Shown here piece by piece: positions 21,823 through 31,035 of a DNA stretch of 64,000 nucleotides; the first letter of the stretch is position 1; each line of letters starts with the position of its first letter. Both the position numbers and the translations under genes were made by a program. Under the pieces are notes generated by a model that was not told the DNA's origin, ran no database searches, and saw nothing but the letters and a program-made list of their open reading frames with translations. Source of the DNA: an uncultured Phycisphaerales bacterium (GTDB taxonomy: Bacteria > Planctomycetota > Phycisphaerae > Phycisphaerales > SM1A02); assembly GCA_938084645.1 (NCBI GenBank), contig CALKEP010000011.1, forward strand, positions 1 through 64,000, in the 5' to 3' direction.

Positions 21823-23079
21823 ATGCGTCCCATCACTGGTCCTTCATCTCGTTCCCACCGCCTCCGATGGACCCGTCAGGGTCTTTCCGCCGTGCTTCTG
21901 GCGGTCCTTGCGACCTCGGGCGGCTGCGGTGACGACCAATCGGCGAATCCGCCCGCGGAAACCGCTGGCGGGACGGCGACGCAGGCGAAACCCCTGAGCC
22001 CCGACGCGGTCGTGCTCCCCGAAGCCCGTGGTACCGCGGATCCCAGCATCGCGCAGACGGCACTCACCGATTCACCGCCGGTCGAGATCGTTCCCAGCGT
22101 CCTCGACTTCGGATTCATTCCGCCGAACCAGGATGCCGAGGGATCGGTGAAGATCTTCAATCGCGGGACCGAACCGCTGATGATTCTCGCCGCGGAGCCC
22201 TCCTGCAAGTGCACGACGCTCACCGACCTCGGGGGCACGATGATCCCGCCCGGTGAAAGCGTCGAGCTCGCGGCGGTGCTTGAGGGCGCGCCGAACACCG
22301 GCCCCAAGACCGCGTCGGTCAAGGTTCTCTTCGACGGCTATTCGGTGGTCGAGGTGGTCGATCTCAAGGCCGAGATCACCCTTCCGATCCGCGCCATTCC
22401 CCCGCACATCAATGCGGTCCGCAATCAGAACCGCCAGGGCCGCATCGTGGTCGAAGCGATCGACGGCGAACCCTTCTCGATCTGCTCGTTCCACGGACTC
22501 CCGCCGACCTATCTCGGCTTCGATCCCGCGACGGACGAACCGAGGAGCCAGTACATCCTCTCCTTCGATCTCGATCGTCTTCCCGCTCCGTACCCCCGGT
22601 ATCTCGTGATCGAGACCGACCGTCCGGAGACGCCGATGATCGACGTCTACCTGCGGCACGAGACGACGCTGCCCAAGCCGAACCGGAACCTCCGGATGGC
22701 GGGCGGATTCCGATTTCCTCTGGGACTGATCAAGCAGGGGTCGTTCGTCGACTTCGAGGTCGAATTCGACACGGTCACCACGCCGATCGCCACCGTGATC
22801 AGCGAGTCTCCGGACTGTCGAGCCCAGATGCTCGAAATCAACACCGAGGAGACCCAGGACGGGATCATCACCCGGGTGAAGATCCGTCTCACACCGGCCT
22901 CGGACTACGTCGGCGTGCTCTACGCCTCGCTTTCCGCGATGACCTCCGACGGACAGGTCGCACCGTTCCACGTCTTCGGCGTGGTGTCGCCTGATGGCGA
23001 GCCCTGCGTCGGGCCGACCCGCGAACCGTTGCCGCCTTCGGCGGGACCGGGGCCACGGCCCGACCCCAGCTCCGGCTGA
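21823..23079 (+). CDS. DUF1573 (Ig-like) domain lipoprotein
   Basis: Lipobox-like TSGGC; LDFG....GSVKIFNRGTEPLMI....PSCKCT....IPPGES motif. Confidence 0.8.
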   Translation: MRPITGPSSRSHRLRWTRQGLSAVLLAVLATSGGCGDDQSANPPAETAGGTATQAKPLSPDAVVLPEARGTADPSIAQTALTDSPPVEIVPSVLDFGFIPPNQDAEGSVKIFNRGTEPLMILAAEPSCKCTTLTDLGGTMIPPGESVELAAVLEGAPNTGPKTASVKVLFDGYSVVEVVDLKAEITLPIRAIPPHINAVRNQNRQGRIVVEAIDGEPFSICSFHGLPPTYLGFDPATDEPRSQYILSFDLDRLPAPYPRYLVIETDRPETPMIDVYLRHETTLPKPNRNLRMAGGFRFPLGLIKQGSFVDFEVEFDTVTTPIATVISESPDCRAQMLEINTEETQDGIITRVKIRLTPASDYVGVLYASLSAMTSDGQVAPFHVFGVVSPDGEPCVGPTREPLPPSAGPGPRPDPSSG

Positions 23080-23179
23080 ACGTCTCGAGGGCGCTCGAAG
23101 ATCATGCGGCCCGGCGGCACGAGGACGTGCGGCCGGGCCTTCTTCATTCGAAGGCGGCGTTCGCTGGTCGAGTCGTTCG

Positions 23180-24010
23180 TCAGATCGAACCGATCATCCG
23201 GATCCCGGCGAACCCCATCAGGAGGATGAACGCGATCCGGATCGTGGTGATCGGAAGACGCCGCACCAGACGGGCCCCGAGCCAGCTTCCGAGGATCGCG
23301 GCAGGCACGATCGCCGCGGCGATGATCATGGATTCGCTCGCGGACAGGGATCGGCCTTCGGCGTCCACGAGTTCGCTCAGGCTCAGGTTCTTGTAGCTGG
23401 CCCCGATCACGGCCATCGGGAACGTCACGGCCGCGGAGGTGACGATCGCGGTTCGGAGCGGAATTCCGGCCAGGAACCGCAGGCCGGGGACCGCGACCAG
23501 TCCGCCACCGATTCCGAGGAGGCCTCCGAGGAAGCCCATCACGCCACCGACGCCGGTGAGGATCGCACCCGATGGCGGAGCCGCCTTCTCGGCTTCACCG
23601 TCCTCGGGAAGTGATGAAGCGTCTCCGGGATCGGTGCCACGCCGCCAGAGCCGGAAGGCCTCCCACCCCGACATCAGGATCAGAAATCCGCCGAACACGC
23701 CCACGAGGACCTCGGCGTCGAGGTGATTGCTGACCAGCACGCCGATCAGCACCATGAGGATCGCGGCGGGAAGCAGGCGGAGGACGAGTTGCTTGTCGAT
23801 CGCCCCTGCGCGGTGGTGCGTCAGCGTCGCGGTACCGGCGACGAAGACGTTCAGCACCATCGCGGCGGCCTGATAGATCTGCTGATCGGGGCCGATCAGG
23901 AGCGTCGCAGCGGGAATGAAGACGGTGGAGCCGCCGATCCCGAGCAACCCGCCGATCAGCCCGGCGGCGAGTCCGATGCCACCGAATGCGACGATCTCGA
24001 AGAGAGGCAT
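23180..24010 (-). CDS. Sulfite exporter TauE/SafE family membrane protein
   Basis: Two GGLLGIGG(G) motifs, about 8 TM helices. Confidence 0.9.
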   Translation of the reverse strand: MPLFEIVAFGGIGLAAGLIGGLLGIGGSTVFIPAATLLIGPDQQIYQAAAMVLNVFVAGTATLTHHRAGAIDKQLVLRLLPAAILMVLIGVLVSNHLDAEVLVGVFGGFLILMSGWEAFRLWRRGTDPGDASSLPEDGEAEKAAPPSGAILTGVGGVMGFLGGLLGIGGGLVAVPGLRFLAGIPLRTAIVTSAAVTFPMAVIGASYKNLSLSELVDAEGRSLSASESMIIAAAIVPAAILGSWLGARLVRRLPITTIRIAFILLMGFAGIRMIGSI

Positions 24011-24204
24011 CGCCGGAGTGTACGCAATGCGGCGGACGGCGCGGATCGTGCGGGTCGTTCCGGTCCGGAAACGGATCGATGTCGATCGGACCGGCGGCTT
24101 GCGTTGCGTCGGGGATGGAACCGCGCACCTTCCTGGCTCGATCGCACCGTGAGGGGATCCCCGTCGTTCGGCGGTGGACGAGCACGGCGCCGGAGCAAGC
24201 CGAC

Positions 24205-24699
24205 ATGAGAAGACCGGGACCCATCGTGACGTTTCTGTTCGGACTCGTTCTCGTCGGTGGCGCGATGCTGACCGGCACCGGCGTCCGTGATTCGATCGCC
24301 TCGGACACGAAGTCCGCGGTCCGGTTCCACGACGGTCGCCCGATCGTTCCGGTCAAGTCCCTTCGGATGCGGGTGACCGCGTACAGCCCCGATCATCGAT
24401 CCTGCGGTGACCACGCGGACGGGATCACCGCCAGCGGCTATTCCGTGCACACCAATGCGGGACGACTGGTCGCCGCGGACCGGAAGATGTTCGATTTCGG
24501 ACAGCTCCTGTCCATTCCGGGGTATGCGAACGAAGGTGTGGTCCCGGTGCTCGATCGTGGCGGCGCGATCAAGGGCAATCGGCTCGACGTGCTCTATCCG
24601 ACCCATGAACGAGCGATGCAGTGGGGTGTGAAGCACCTGATCGTCACGGTCTGGGCGTATGCCGATGGGAAGCCCATCGGCTACAAGCGTCCCCGGTGA
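24205..24699 (+). CDS. 3D (Asp-Asp-Asp) domain protein, putative lytic transglycosylase, with N-terminal signal/anchor
   Basis: VTAYS, ITASG, VAAD, LDRGGAIKGNRLDV, AMQWG motifs. Confidence 0.92.
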   Translation: MRRPGPIVTFLFGLVLVGGAMLTGTGVRDSIASDTKSAVRFHDGRPIVPVKSLRMRVTAYSPDHRSCGDHADGITASGYSVHTNAGRLVAADRKMFDFGQLLSIPGYANEGVVPVLDRGGAIKGNRLDVLYPTHERAMQWGVKHLIVTVWAYADGKPIGYKRPR

Positions 24700-24792
24700 C
24701 TTCGGCCGGAGATACCGAAGCGCGTTCGATCGCGTGGCCTGCGGTTCCGCCGGGGGCACGGAAATCGGAGATGCATCGACTACGGTCGCGCG

Positions 24793-26316
24793 ATGATCAG
24801 TCGCGTCACCAGTTTCATCCTGCGGGGCGTTCGTGCCGAGTCCTGTCGCATCGAGGTCGATCTCTCGCCCCACGGACTTCCGACCATGGGCATCGTGGGG
24901 CTCCCCGATGCGGCGGTTCGTGAATCGGCGGAGCGGGTGCGGACCGCCATCCGGAACGCGGGATTCGCGTGGCCGAGATCCCGACTGACCGTGAATCTCG
25001 CGCCCGCGGATGTTCGCAAGGAAGGACCGGTCTACGACCTGCCCATCGCCGCCGGCGTGCTCGCGGCCTCGGGCGCGATTCGGGGGGCATCCACCGGCGG
25101 CCGTCGAATCCAGGACTGGCCGATGGCGGGGGAACTGGCCCTCGATGGCACGGTGCGGCCGGTGCGGGGGGTGTTCGCGCTGGCGGAGTTGGCGTCCCGC
25201 ACGGGGGCGGCGGGCGTGGTCGTCGCCGCGGAATCCGCATCCGAAGCGAGGCTGGTGAGCGATCTTCCGGTGGTGGGTGTGCGTGATCTCCAGGGACTCG
25301 CGACCTTCCTCGACGGGCTTGATCCGGTTCCGACCACCGACGAGAAGACACGAGCATCGGTCATCGACCCACACGAGCGACACCGTCCTTCGAACATCGA
25401 TCTCGCCAGCATTCGCGGCCAGTCGTCGGCGAAGCGGGCGGTCGAGATCGCCGCGGTCGGCGGGCACAACCTCCTCCTCGTCGGGCCACCGGGATGCGGC
25501 AAGACGATGATCGCACGCGGGCTGGTCGACCTGCTTCCGCCACTCGGGCGGGAGGAGATCCTCGAGGTGCAGGCGGTTCGATCCGCCGCCGGGCTTCCGT
25601 TCGACGTCGAGGCGCTCTCCCGACCCGGCTTTCGGACGCCGCATCACACGTCCAGCCCCGCGGCGCTGGTCGGCGGGGGAACCAACCCCCGACCGGGGGA
25701 AGTCAGCCTCGCGCATCACGGGATTCTGATGCTCGACGAGTTGCCGGAGTTCTCCGCCGCCGCGATCGACGCGTTGCGCGAACCGCTGGAGGATGGGGTG
25801 GTGACCGTCGCGCGGGCCGCCGGAACCGTCCGGTTCCCAGCGTCGGTCGTGGTCGTCGGGACGATGAATGGATCGAGAAGCGGGGGGGCCGGATCGTCGA
25901 ACGACCAGGGCGTGGATCGGCGCGTGCTCGACCGGATCGGGGGTGCGGTGCTCGATCGATTCGATCTCCACGTGATCATGCGGGCCACACCCGTCGCAGC
26001 ACTTCTCGATCCGCCCGACGGCCCTTCGACCGTGGAGGTGCGTCAACGGGTGGTCGCGGCCCGGCGTTTCGGCGCTGCGCGTTCCGGTCCGCTCAATGCA
26101 CGGCTCTCGGGCGAACGTCTGGACGCGGCGTGTTCGCTCGACCGACGATCGCTCCATCGACTCGGCGCGATGGTCGAGGAGCTCGGCCTGAGCAGCCGGG
26201 CCTTCGACCGGATCCGCCGGGTCGCGCGGTCCATCGCGGACCTGCACGGTTCGAGTTCGGTTCGATCGACGCACCTCGAGGAAGCGGTCGGCTATCGGGT
26301 GCTCGATCGAGATTGA
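24793..26316 (+). CDS. yifB: YifB/ComM family Mg-chelatase-like AAA+ ATPase
   Basis: IVGLPDAAVRESAERVR, VNLAPAD..KEG..YDLPIA, GPPGCGKT, FRTPHHT, PGEVSLAHHGIL.LDELPEF. Confidence 0.95.
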   Translation: MISRVTSFILRGVRAESCRIEVDLSPHGLPTMGIVGLPDAAVRESAERVRTAIRNAGFAWPRSRLTVNLAPADVRKEGPVYDLPIAAGVLAASGAIRGASTGGRRIQDWPMAGELALDGTVRPVRGVFALAELASRTGAAGVVVAAESASEARLVSDLPVVGVRDLQGLATFLDGLDPVPTTDEKTRASVIDPHERHRPSNIDLASIRGQSSAKRAVEIAAVGGHNLLLVGPPGCGKTMIARGLVDLLPPLGREEILEVQAVRSAAGLPFDVEALSRPGFRTPHHTSSPAALVGGGTNPRPGEVSLAHHGILMLDELPEFSAAAIDALREPLEDGVVTVARAAGTVRFPASVVVVGTMNGSRSGGAGSSNDQGVDRRVLDRIGGAVLDRFDLHVIMRATPVAALLDPPDGPSTVEVRQRVVAARRFGAARSGPLNARLSGERLDAACSLDRRSLHRLGAMVEELGLSSRAFDRIRRVARSIADLHGSSSVRSTHLEEAVGYRVLDRD

Positions 26317-26352
26317 ACCCCGTCGCGGCATCGCGATTATGCTCGCCCGACC

Positions 26353-27942
26353 GTGTCCAAGCCCGCCGTTGAATCCCCGCTGCAACCCGGTCGATCCGGC
26401 ATTCGCGAAGTCTGGTCGCAGGCCTGGCCGACCGTCGCGACCATGACGAGCTACACGGTGATGGGATTCGTCGATGCGTTGATGGTGGCGCGGCTCGGGC
26501 CGCTCGAGGTCGCGGCCCAGGGCAACGGCGGCATCTGGTCTTTCAATCCGATCGCGTTCGTCTTCGGCATGCTGACGGTGGTGAACACCTTCGTCGCCCA
26601 GAACGTCGGGGCCGGCAAGCGCGACCAGACGGCTCGATACGGATGGGCGGGGGTCTGGCTCGCGGTCGTCGCCTGGCTGGTGCTTCTGCTGCCCTGGGCG
26701 GCGGCGCTTCCGTTCATCTTCGACGCGGCCGGGCACGAGCCGGAGCTCATCGAACTCGAGACCGAATACGCGACGATCCTGTTGTTCGGCGGCGTGCTCC
26801 TGATCGCCGGCAAGGCGATGAGTCACTGGTTCTTCGGCTATCAGCGGCCCGGTGTGATCACCATGTCCGCGGTCGCGGCGAACGTGGTGAACGTGGTCGC
26901 GAACGGGATCCTGATCTTCGGTGAGGCGGGGATTCCCGAACTCGGAATCCCCGGCATCCCCGGAACGCCCGCGCTCGGACTGGCGGGCGCGGCGATCGGG
27001 ACGGTGATCGGCACGGCGGTCGAGGTGATCGTCCCGTTGGTGGTGTTCCTCGGCCCCAGACTGAATCGGGAGGTCAAGAGTCGCGGAAACTGGCGGCCCG
27101 ATTTCCGGGCCATGCGGGACCTGCTCCGTCTGGGCTGGCCGGCGTCGCTCCAGTTCGGCAACGAGATGGTCTGCTGGGGTCTCTTCGTCACGGTCCTGAT
27201 CGGCCGATTCGGAACCGACCATCTCACCGCCGCCTGGGCGGTGATCCGCTACATGCATCTGAGCTTCATGCCCGCGGTGGGCTTCTCCGTCGCGACGACG
27301 TCGCTGGTGGGGAAGTGGATCGGGGCGGGCCGGCCCGACATCGCGGTGAACCGGGCGAGAATCGCCCTCGGACTCGCGGTCGGCTACATGTCGGTCTGCG
27401 CGATCGGCTTTCTCGTGTTCCGCGATTCGCTCATCGGGGTGTTCGTCGGCGGTGATACCTCGCCCGAGACGACCGCGGCCATCGTCTCCATCGGCGCGAC
27501 CATGCTGGTGTGGGCGGCGTTGTTCCAGACGATGGACGCCGTGGGAATCGTGTATTCGGGGGCGCTTCGCGGTGCGGGAGACACCGTCTGGCCCGGCGTG
27601 GTCTCGTCGATCCTCGGCTGGGCGCTGCTGGTCGGTCTGGGATGGTTCCTGGTCGAAACGGCGCCCGGCCTCTCATCGGTGGGACCGTGGATCGGGGCGA
27701 CGGCGTACATTCTCGCCTTCGGCATCGTGATGGCGGTCCGCTTCGAGCGGCAGGGGTGGCGGAGGATCTCCCTGGTCACGGGGGGTGGAATCACCGGTCC
27801 CCACCTGCCTGCGGGCCCCGCGGCACCAGCGCTGGATGGTGCCTCGGCCTACCGGGATCTGGCCGAGGACGTGGTCGCTTCCTCGAGGACCGGCGTTTCC
27901 GGGGTCGTTCGCGAGGTTGAGGACCGGTCGCGGGGCGAGTAG
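26353..27942 (+). CDS. MATE family efflux transporter
   Basis: About 12 TM helices; VDALMVARLG, LGLAGAAIGT, LRLGWPA, GALRGAGDT. Confidence 0.93.
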   Translation: MSKPAVESPLQPGRSGIREVWSQAWPTVATMTSYTVMGFVDALMVARLGPLEVAAQGNGGIWSFNPIAFVFGMLTVVNTFVAQNVGAGKRDQTARYGWAGVWLAVVAWLVLLLPWAAALPFIFDAAGHEPELIELETEYATILLFGGVLLIAGKAMSHWFFGYQRPGVITMSAVAANVVNVVANGILIFGEAGIPELGIPGIPGTPALGLAGAAIGTVIGTAVEVIVPLVVFLGPRLNREVKSRGNWRPDFRAMRDLLRLGWPASLQFGNEMVCWGLFVTVLIGRFGTDHLTAAWAVIRYMHLSFMPAVGFSVATTSLVGKWIGAGRPDIAVNRARIALGLAVGYMSVCAIGFLVFRDSLIGVFVGGDTSPETTAAIVSIGATMLVWAALFQTMDAVGIVYSGALRGAGDTVWPGVVSSILGWALLVGLGWFLVETAPGLSSVGPWIGATAYILAFGIVMAVRFERQGWRRISLVTGGGITGPHLPAGPAAPALDGASAYRDLAEDVVASSRTGVSGVVREVEDRSRGE

Positions 27943-27992
27943 AATCCTGGATTCCGTTCGACCGGACCACTTTTCAGCGGAGCACTGAGCAC

Positions 27993-28913
27993 ATGAGCGA
28001 AGGACTCGACACCGTCATCGGAGGCGGCGCGATCGATGAGGCGCGAGCCGACGCGGTCTTCAAGCAGGGACTCGACTGCGAGTCCGCGGGTGACCGGCTC
28101 GGTGCGATCGTCGCCTACCGCGAAGCCGTCTCCCATTGTGGCAAGCCGGAGCACCTTCATCGTCTCGCCTACCTGCTCGACCTCGTCGGCGAGGAAGAGG
28201 AGGCGATGCAGATCTACGAGGCCGCGCGAGAGACCGGGACCCCGAAGCTCCAGACACTGATCAACCTCGCGGTGATCTACGAGGACGCCGGCGACTTCGC
28301 CAAGGCCGAGTACATCCTCAATCAGGTGATCGAGAGCGATCCGAACGAGCCGCGAGCCCGTCTTTTCCTCAAGGACGTGCAGGCATCGCGAGGCATGTAC
28401 TACGACGATGACGAGGATCGCACCTCGTCGCGACACGACGCGATTCTCGACATTCCGGTCACCGACTTCGAACTCTCGGTGCGGGCGCGAAACTGCCTGA
28501 AGAAGATGCAGATCCGCACGCTTCGCGACCTGGTTCGCGTGGGCGAAGCGGAACTCAACAGTTACAAGAACGTCGGCGACACCACGGTCGCCGAAATCAA
28601 GCAGATGCTCGCGAGCAAGGGACTCCGACTCGGGCAGGACACCGCGGGCGGACCGCGGCTCCGGCAGGAGGACATCGACGAACTTCACGAGCGAGGCATC
28701 ACCGATCAGATCCTCAACAAGCCGATTTCGGTGCTGGATCTCTCGGTGCGGGCCCGCAAAGCCCTCCAGATGCTCGGCGTGCTTTCGCTCGGCGAGCTGG
28801 CGGCACGAACCGAGGCGGAACTTCTCGGTGTGAAGAACTTCGGCCAGACGAGCCTGGACGAGATCAAGGAGCGTCTGGGCGATCACGACCTGTCGCTCAA
28901 GACCCTCGACTGA
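27993..28913 (+). CDS. TPR protein with two tandem RNA polymerase alpha-CTD-like domains
   Basis: TPR segment (LINLAVIYEDAGDF..A) followed by ELSVRARNCLKKMQI.TL.DL and DLSVRARKAL...LLGVKNFGQTSLDEIK; no alpha-NTD. Confidence 0.9.
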   Translation: MSEGLDTVIGGGAIDEARADAVFKQGLDCESAGDRLGAIVAYREAVSHCGKPEHLHRLAYLLDLVGEEEEAMQIYEAARETGTPKLQTLINLAVIYEDAGDFAKAEYILNQVIESDPNEPRARLFLKDVQASRGMYYDDDEDRTSSRHDAILDIPVTDFELSVRARNCLKKMQIRTLRDLVRVGEAELNSYKNVGDTTVAEIKQMLASKGLRLGQDTAGGPRLRQEDIDELHERGITDQILNKPISVLDLSVRARKALQMLGVLSLGELAARTEAELLGVKNFGQTSLDEIKERLGDHDLSLKTLD

Positions 28914-28937
28914 TCGAGTCGCATCTCCGGACCATCC

Positions 28938-28972
28938 ACCGCCCATCCCGATTCCGGGGTGGGCGGTTTTCT
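28938..28972 (+). terminator. Rho-independent terminator after the alpha-CTD gene
   Basis: ACCGCCCATCCCG-ATTC-CGGGGTGGGCGGT followed by TTTCT. Confidence 0.75.
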
Positions 28973-29061
28973 CATCCGGTTCCGGTCCGCCTACACTTCA
29001 TGGCGAGCGGACCCTTGGCTTCGGCCACCTGCGGGTCCGCCTTCGGGCCAGGGGGTGTGGC

Positions 29062-30510
29062 ATGAGCGTCGAAGAATCGAATCAATGCGATCCCGGGAGT
29101 TCCGGTCGTGCGGAGTTGAAGATCCACCGGCGAGCGATGCTGCTGGTGGCGACGACGCCGATCCTGGTTCCGTTCGCGTGCTCGAGGACCGATGGGACGG
29201 CGGATCCGGCTGCCGGCGATCCACCGGTCGCGGCGTCCCCTGTCCGGGCCGAAGTCCCCGATCTTCGACCGTTTCCGCCCAGTATCGAACCACTCGTCCG
29301 CATCAAGGTCGCGAACACCGCCCGTCGGACCGTCGAACTCGGGCGGGTCGGTCAGCGTCTGTGGATCACCCAGCCCGGTTCGGAATCGGCGGGTCGCGCC
29401 GTACGCGGTCCGGTTCGCATCGTTCGGGATGATGAGGGCTGGTCCGTGCGCTGGTCCCAGGGGGGGCGGGGTTCCTCCGCTCGGTTCGTCGGCGCTGGTC
29501 CGCTTGCGATCGCCGACGGAGACGCCCAGGCCCAGGGAATCGACTTCGAGGGCCGACGTCTTCGTGGAACCATCCGGATCGTCTCGATTCGAAACACCGC
29601 CGGCGAGCCGGAGCTCGATCTCGTGTGCACGCTTCCGATGGAGCAGTACCTGCCGGGCGTCCTGGAGAAGGAACTCTTCGCGTCATGGCGACCGGCGACC
29701 TTCGAGGCGCAGGCGGTCGCGGCGAGATCCTTCGCGGTGTGCGAGCGAGCGTTCTGGTTGCGTCGGCGACACTACGACATGGTCGCCGGACAGGCGAGCC
29801 AGGCCTGGAGCGGGGGAGCCGCCTCGCGTCGCTCGAGGGATGCCGTGCAGGCGACCGCCGGCCGCGTCCTGCTCTGGAGAGGTCAGGTGGTTCCCGCCTA
29901 CTACAGCGCAGCGTGCGGTGGTCGTCCGGCGAACGCGATCGAGGCCATCTCCGCCAACCAGGTCAATCGCATCGCCCCGTTGACGGTCGATGGGGGGACC
30001 GCGAGGCGACGGTGCGGCTGCACCACGGACAGTCCGCACGCCGACTGGCGGATCAGCGTGGGCGAAGACGCGATGGTCGAGGCGCTGCGGGCCTACGGGC
30101 GGCGTGTCTCGAATCAGGCGCTGGCCTCCATCCGTGGACCCGTCGAAGTGACGGTTCGTCGTCGCAACGCGGCGGAACGTCCGATCGACTTCGAGGTGCG
30201 TGGCTCCGGCGATCCGATTCCGGTCGTCCTTCCGGCAGGTCGAGTGCGATCCGTGGTGGCGGACGCGGGCGGACGTCGCTCCTGGAAGGATGGTCCGCGA
30301 TCGGCCTGCCTGGAACTGACCGGCGCGGACCGAGGCTACAGGATCGAGGGCCGTGGATTCGGCCACGGCGTCGGACTCTGCCAGTACGGCGCCGAGTCCA
30401 TGGCACGCGGCGGCGCGTCGAACCTGGAAATCCTCGCTCGCTACTACCCCGGGGCCACGGTGGGCGTCGCCTGGGAGAGCGCGGCCCCGCCGCAAGCGGC
30501 GTTCAGTTGA
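29062..30510 (+). CDS. SpoIID/LytB family lytic transglycosylase, possibly a Tat lipoprotein
   Basis: MEQYLPGV..KE, EAQAVAARSFA, AYYSAACGG, GRGFGHGVGLCQYGA..MA, IL..YYPG; N-terminal HRRAMLL...FAC. Confidence 0.93.
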   Translation: MSVEESNQCDPGSSGRAELKIHRRAMLLVATTPILVPFACSRTDGTADPAAGDPPVAASPVRAEVPDLRPFPPSIEPLVRIKVANTARRTVELGRVGQRLWITQPGSESAGRAVRGPVRIVRDDEGWSVRWSQGGRGSSARFVGAGPLAIADGDAQAQGIDFEGRRLRGTIRIVSIRNTAGEPELDLVCTLPMEQYLPGVLEKELFASWRPATFEAQAVAARSFAVCERAFWLRRRHYDMVAGQASQAWSGGAASRRSRDAVQATAGRVLLWRGQVVPAYYSAACGGRPANAIEAISANQVNRIAPLTVDGGTARRRCGCTTDSPHADWRISVGEDAMVEALRAYGRRVSNQALASIRGPVEVTVRRRNAAERPIDFEVRGSGDPIPVVLPAGRVRSVVADAGGRRSWKDGPRSACLELTGADRGYRIEGRGFGHGVGLCQYGAESMARGGASNLEILARYYPGATVGVAWESAAPPQAAFS

Positions 30511-30606
30511 ACCGGACGGTGTGCCCTGGCGGCTCTTGAAGGTCGTTCCGATCCCGGGATGGCGGGTTGCATCGGTTCACCACGGATGACGACCTCGGGC
30601 GATGAC

Positions 30607-30692
30607 GATTCGATGATTCGATGAATCGATGATTCACTGCGGAGTCATCGCGTCGCCTTTGCGATCATGATGATCATGGTGATCATGGTGAT
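30607..30692. repeat. Two short tandem repeats: 8-mer CGATGA(T/A)T x3 and 9-mer GATCATG(A/G)T x3
   Basis: Directly visible at 30607-30635 and 30663-30692. Confidence 0.8.
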
Positions 30693-30717
30693 GCATTCGC
30701 GGCAGGGGAGGTCGATG

Positions 30718-30757
30718 AAAAAAAGACCGGACGCGTCTTTTCAGAGCGCGTCCGGCC
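30718..30757 (-). terminator. Rho-independent terminator (may act bidirectionally)
   Basis: Minus strand GGCCGGACGCG...CGCGUCCGGUC followed by U7; the plus-strand side is followed by TTTATGTTT. Confidence 0.88.
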
Positions 30758-31030
30758 TTTATGTTTCCTCGGCTTCTACCTGGACATGGGTGAAGTCACT
30801 TGCGTGCCTCTGCCCCTTGTGATGCTTGTACGGGAGTTCCCTTTTCCCAGTACCTGCGTTTTTCCGCTGCGGGTAAGTGCCCTTTTCCCAAGTGCAGCGG
30901 ATCTCAAGGACCCTTTTTCCAAGCTACGCCGGTGTTCCCGCACCGACTCAGCCGAAGTCCGGAAAGGGATATGCAATTGCAAGGCCCTTTCCTGCTCCCT
31001 GTCCCTAGCGAAGGAGAAACGCCGGGGACG
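30718..31030 (-). ncRNA. Putative ~310-nt structured ncRNA with repeated GG(G)AAAAGGG / GGA motifs
   Basis: Own promoter and terminator; consecutive hairpins (GUCCC..GGGAC, GGAAAGGG..CCCUUUCC, CGGUG..CACCG, CCGCUGC..GCAGCGG, GUAC-U-GGGA..UCCC-GUAC); lower GC than the flanking genes and no ORF with genome-like codon usage. Confidence 0.7.
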
Positions 31031-31035
31031 CGAGA

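Noticed and set aside
25850..25960. YifB lacks the CPCG...C.C zinc-binding motif
   Set aside because: Cys-poor variants of this loop occur in other YifB proteins (as I recall, including E. coli), so it is not distinctive
23956..27258. 1100-aa minus-strand ORF
   Set aside because: Shadow of the 3D, YifB and MATE genes
30718..31030. Identification as tmRNA, RNase P, SRP, 6S or a known riboswitch
   Set aside because: No tRNA-like ends or tag ORF, no GAGGAAAGUCC, not a single long rod, no aptamer consensus recognised; an Rfam scan is still needed
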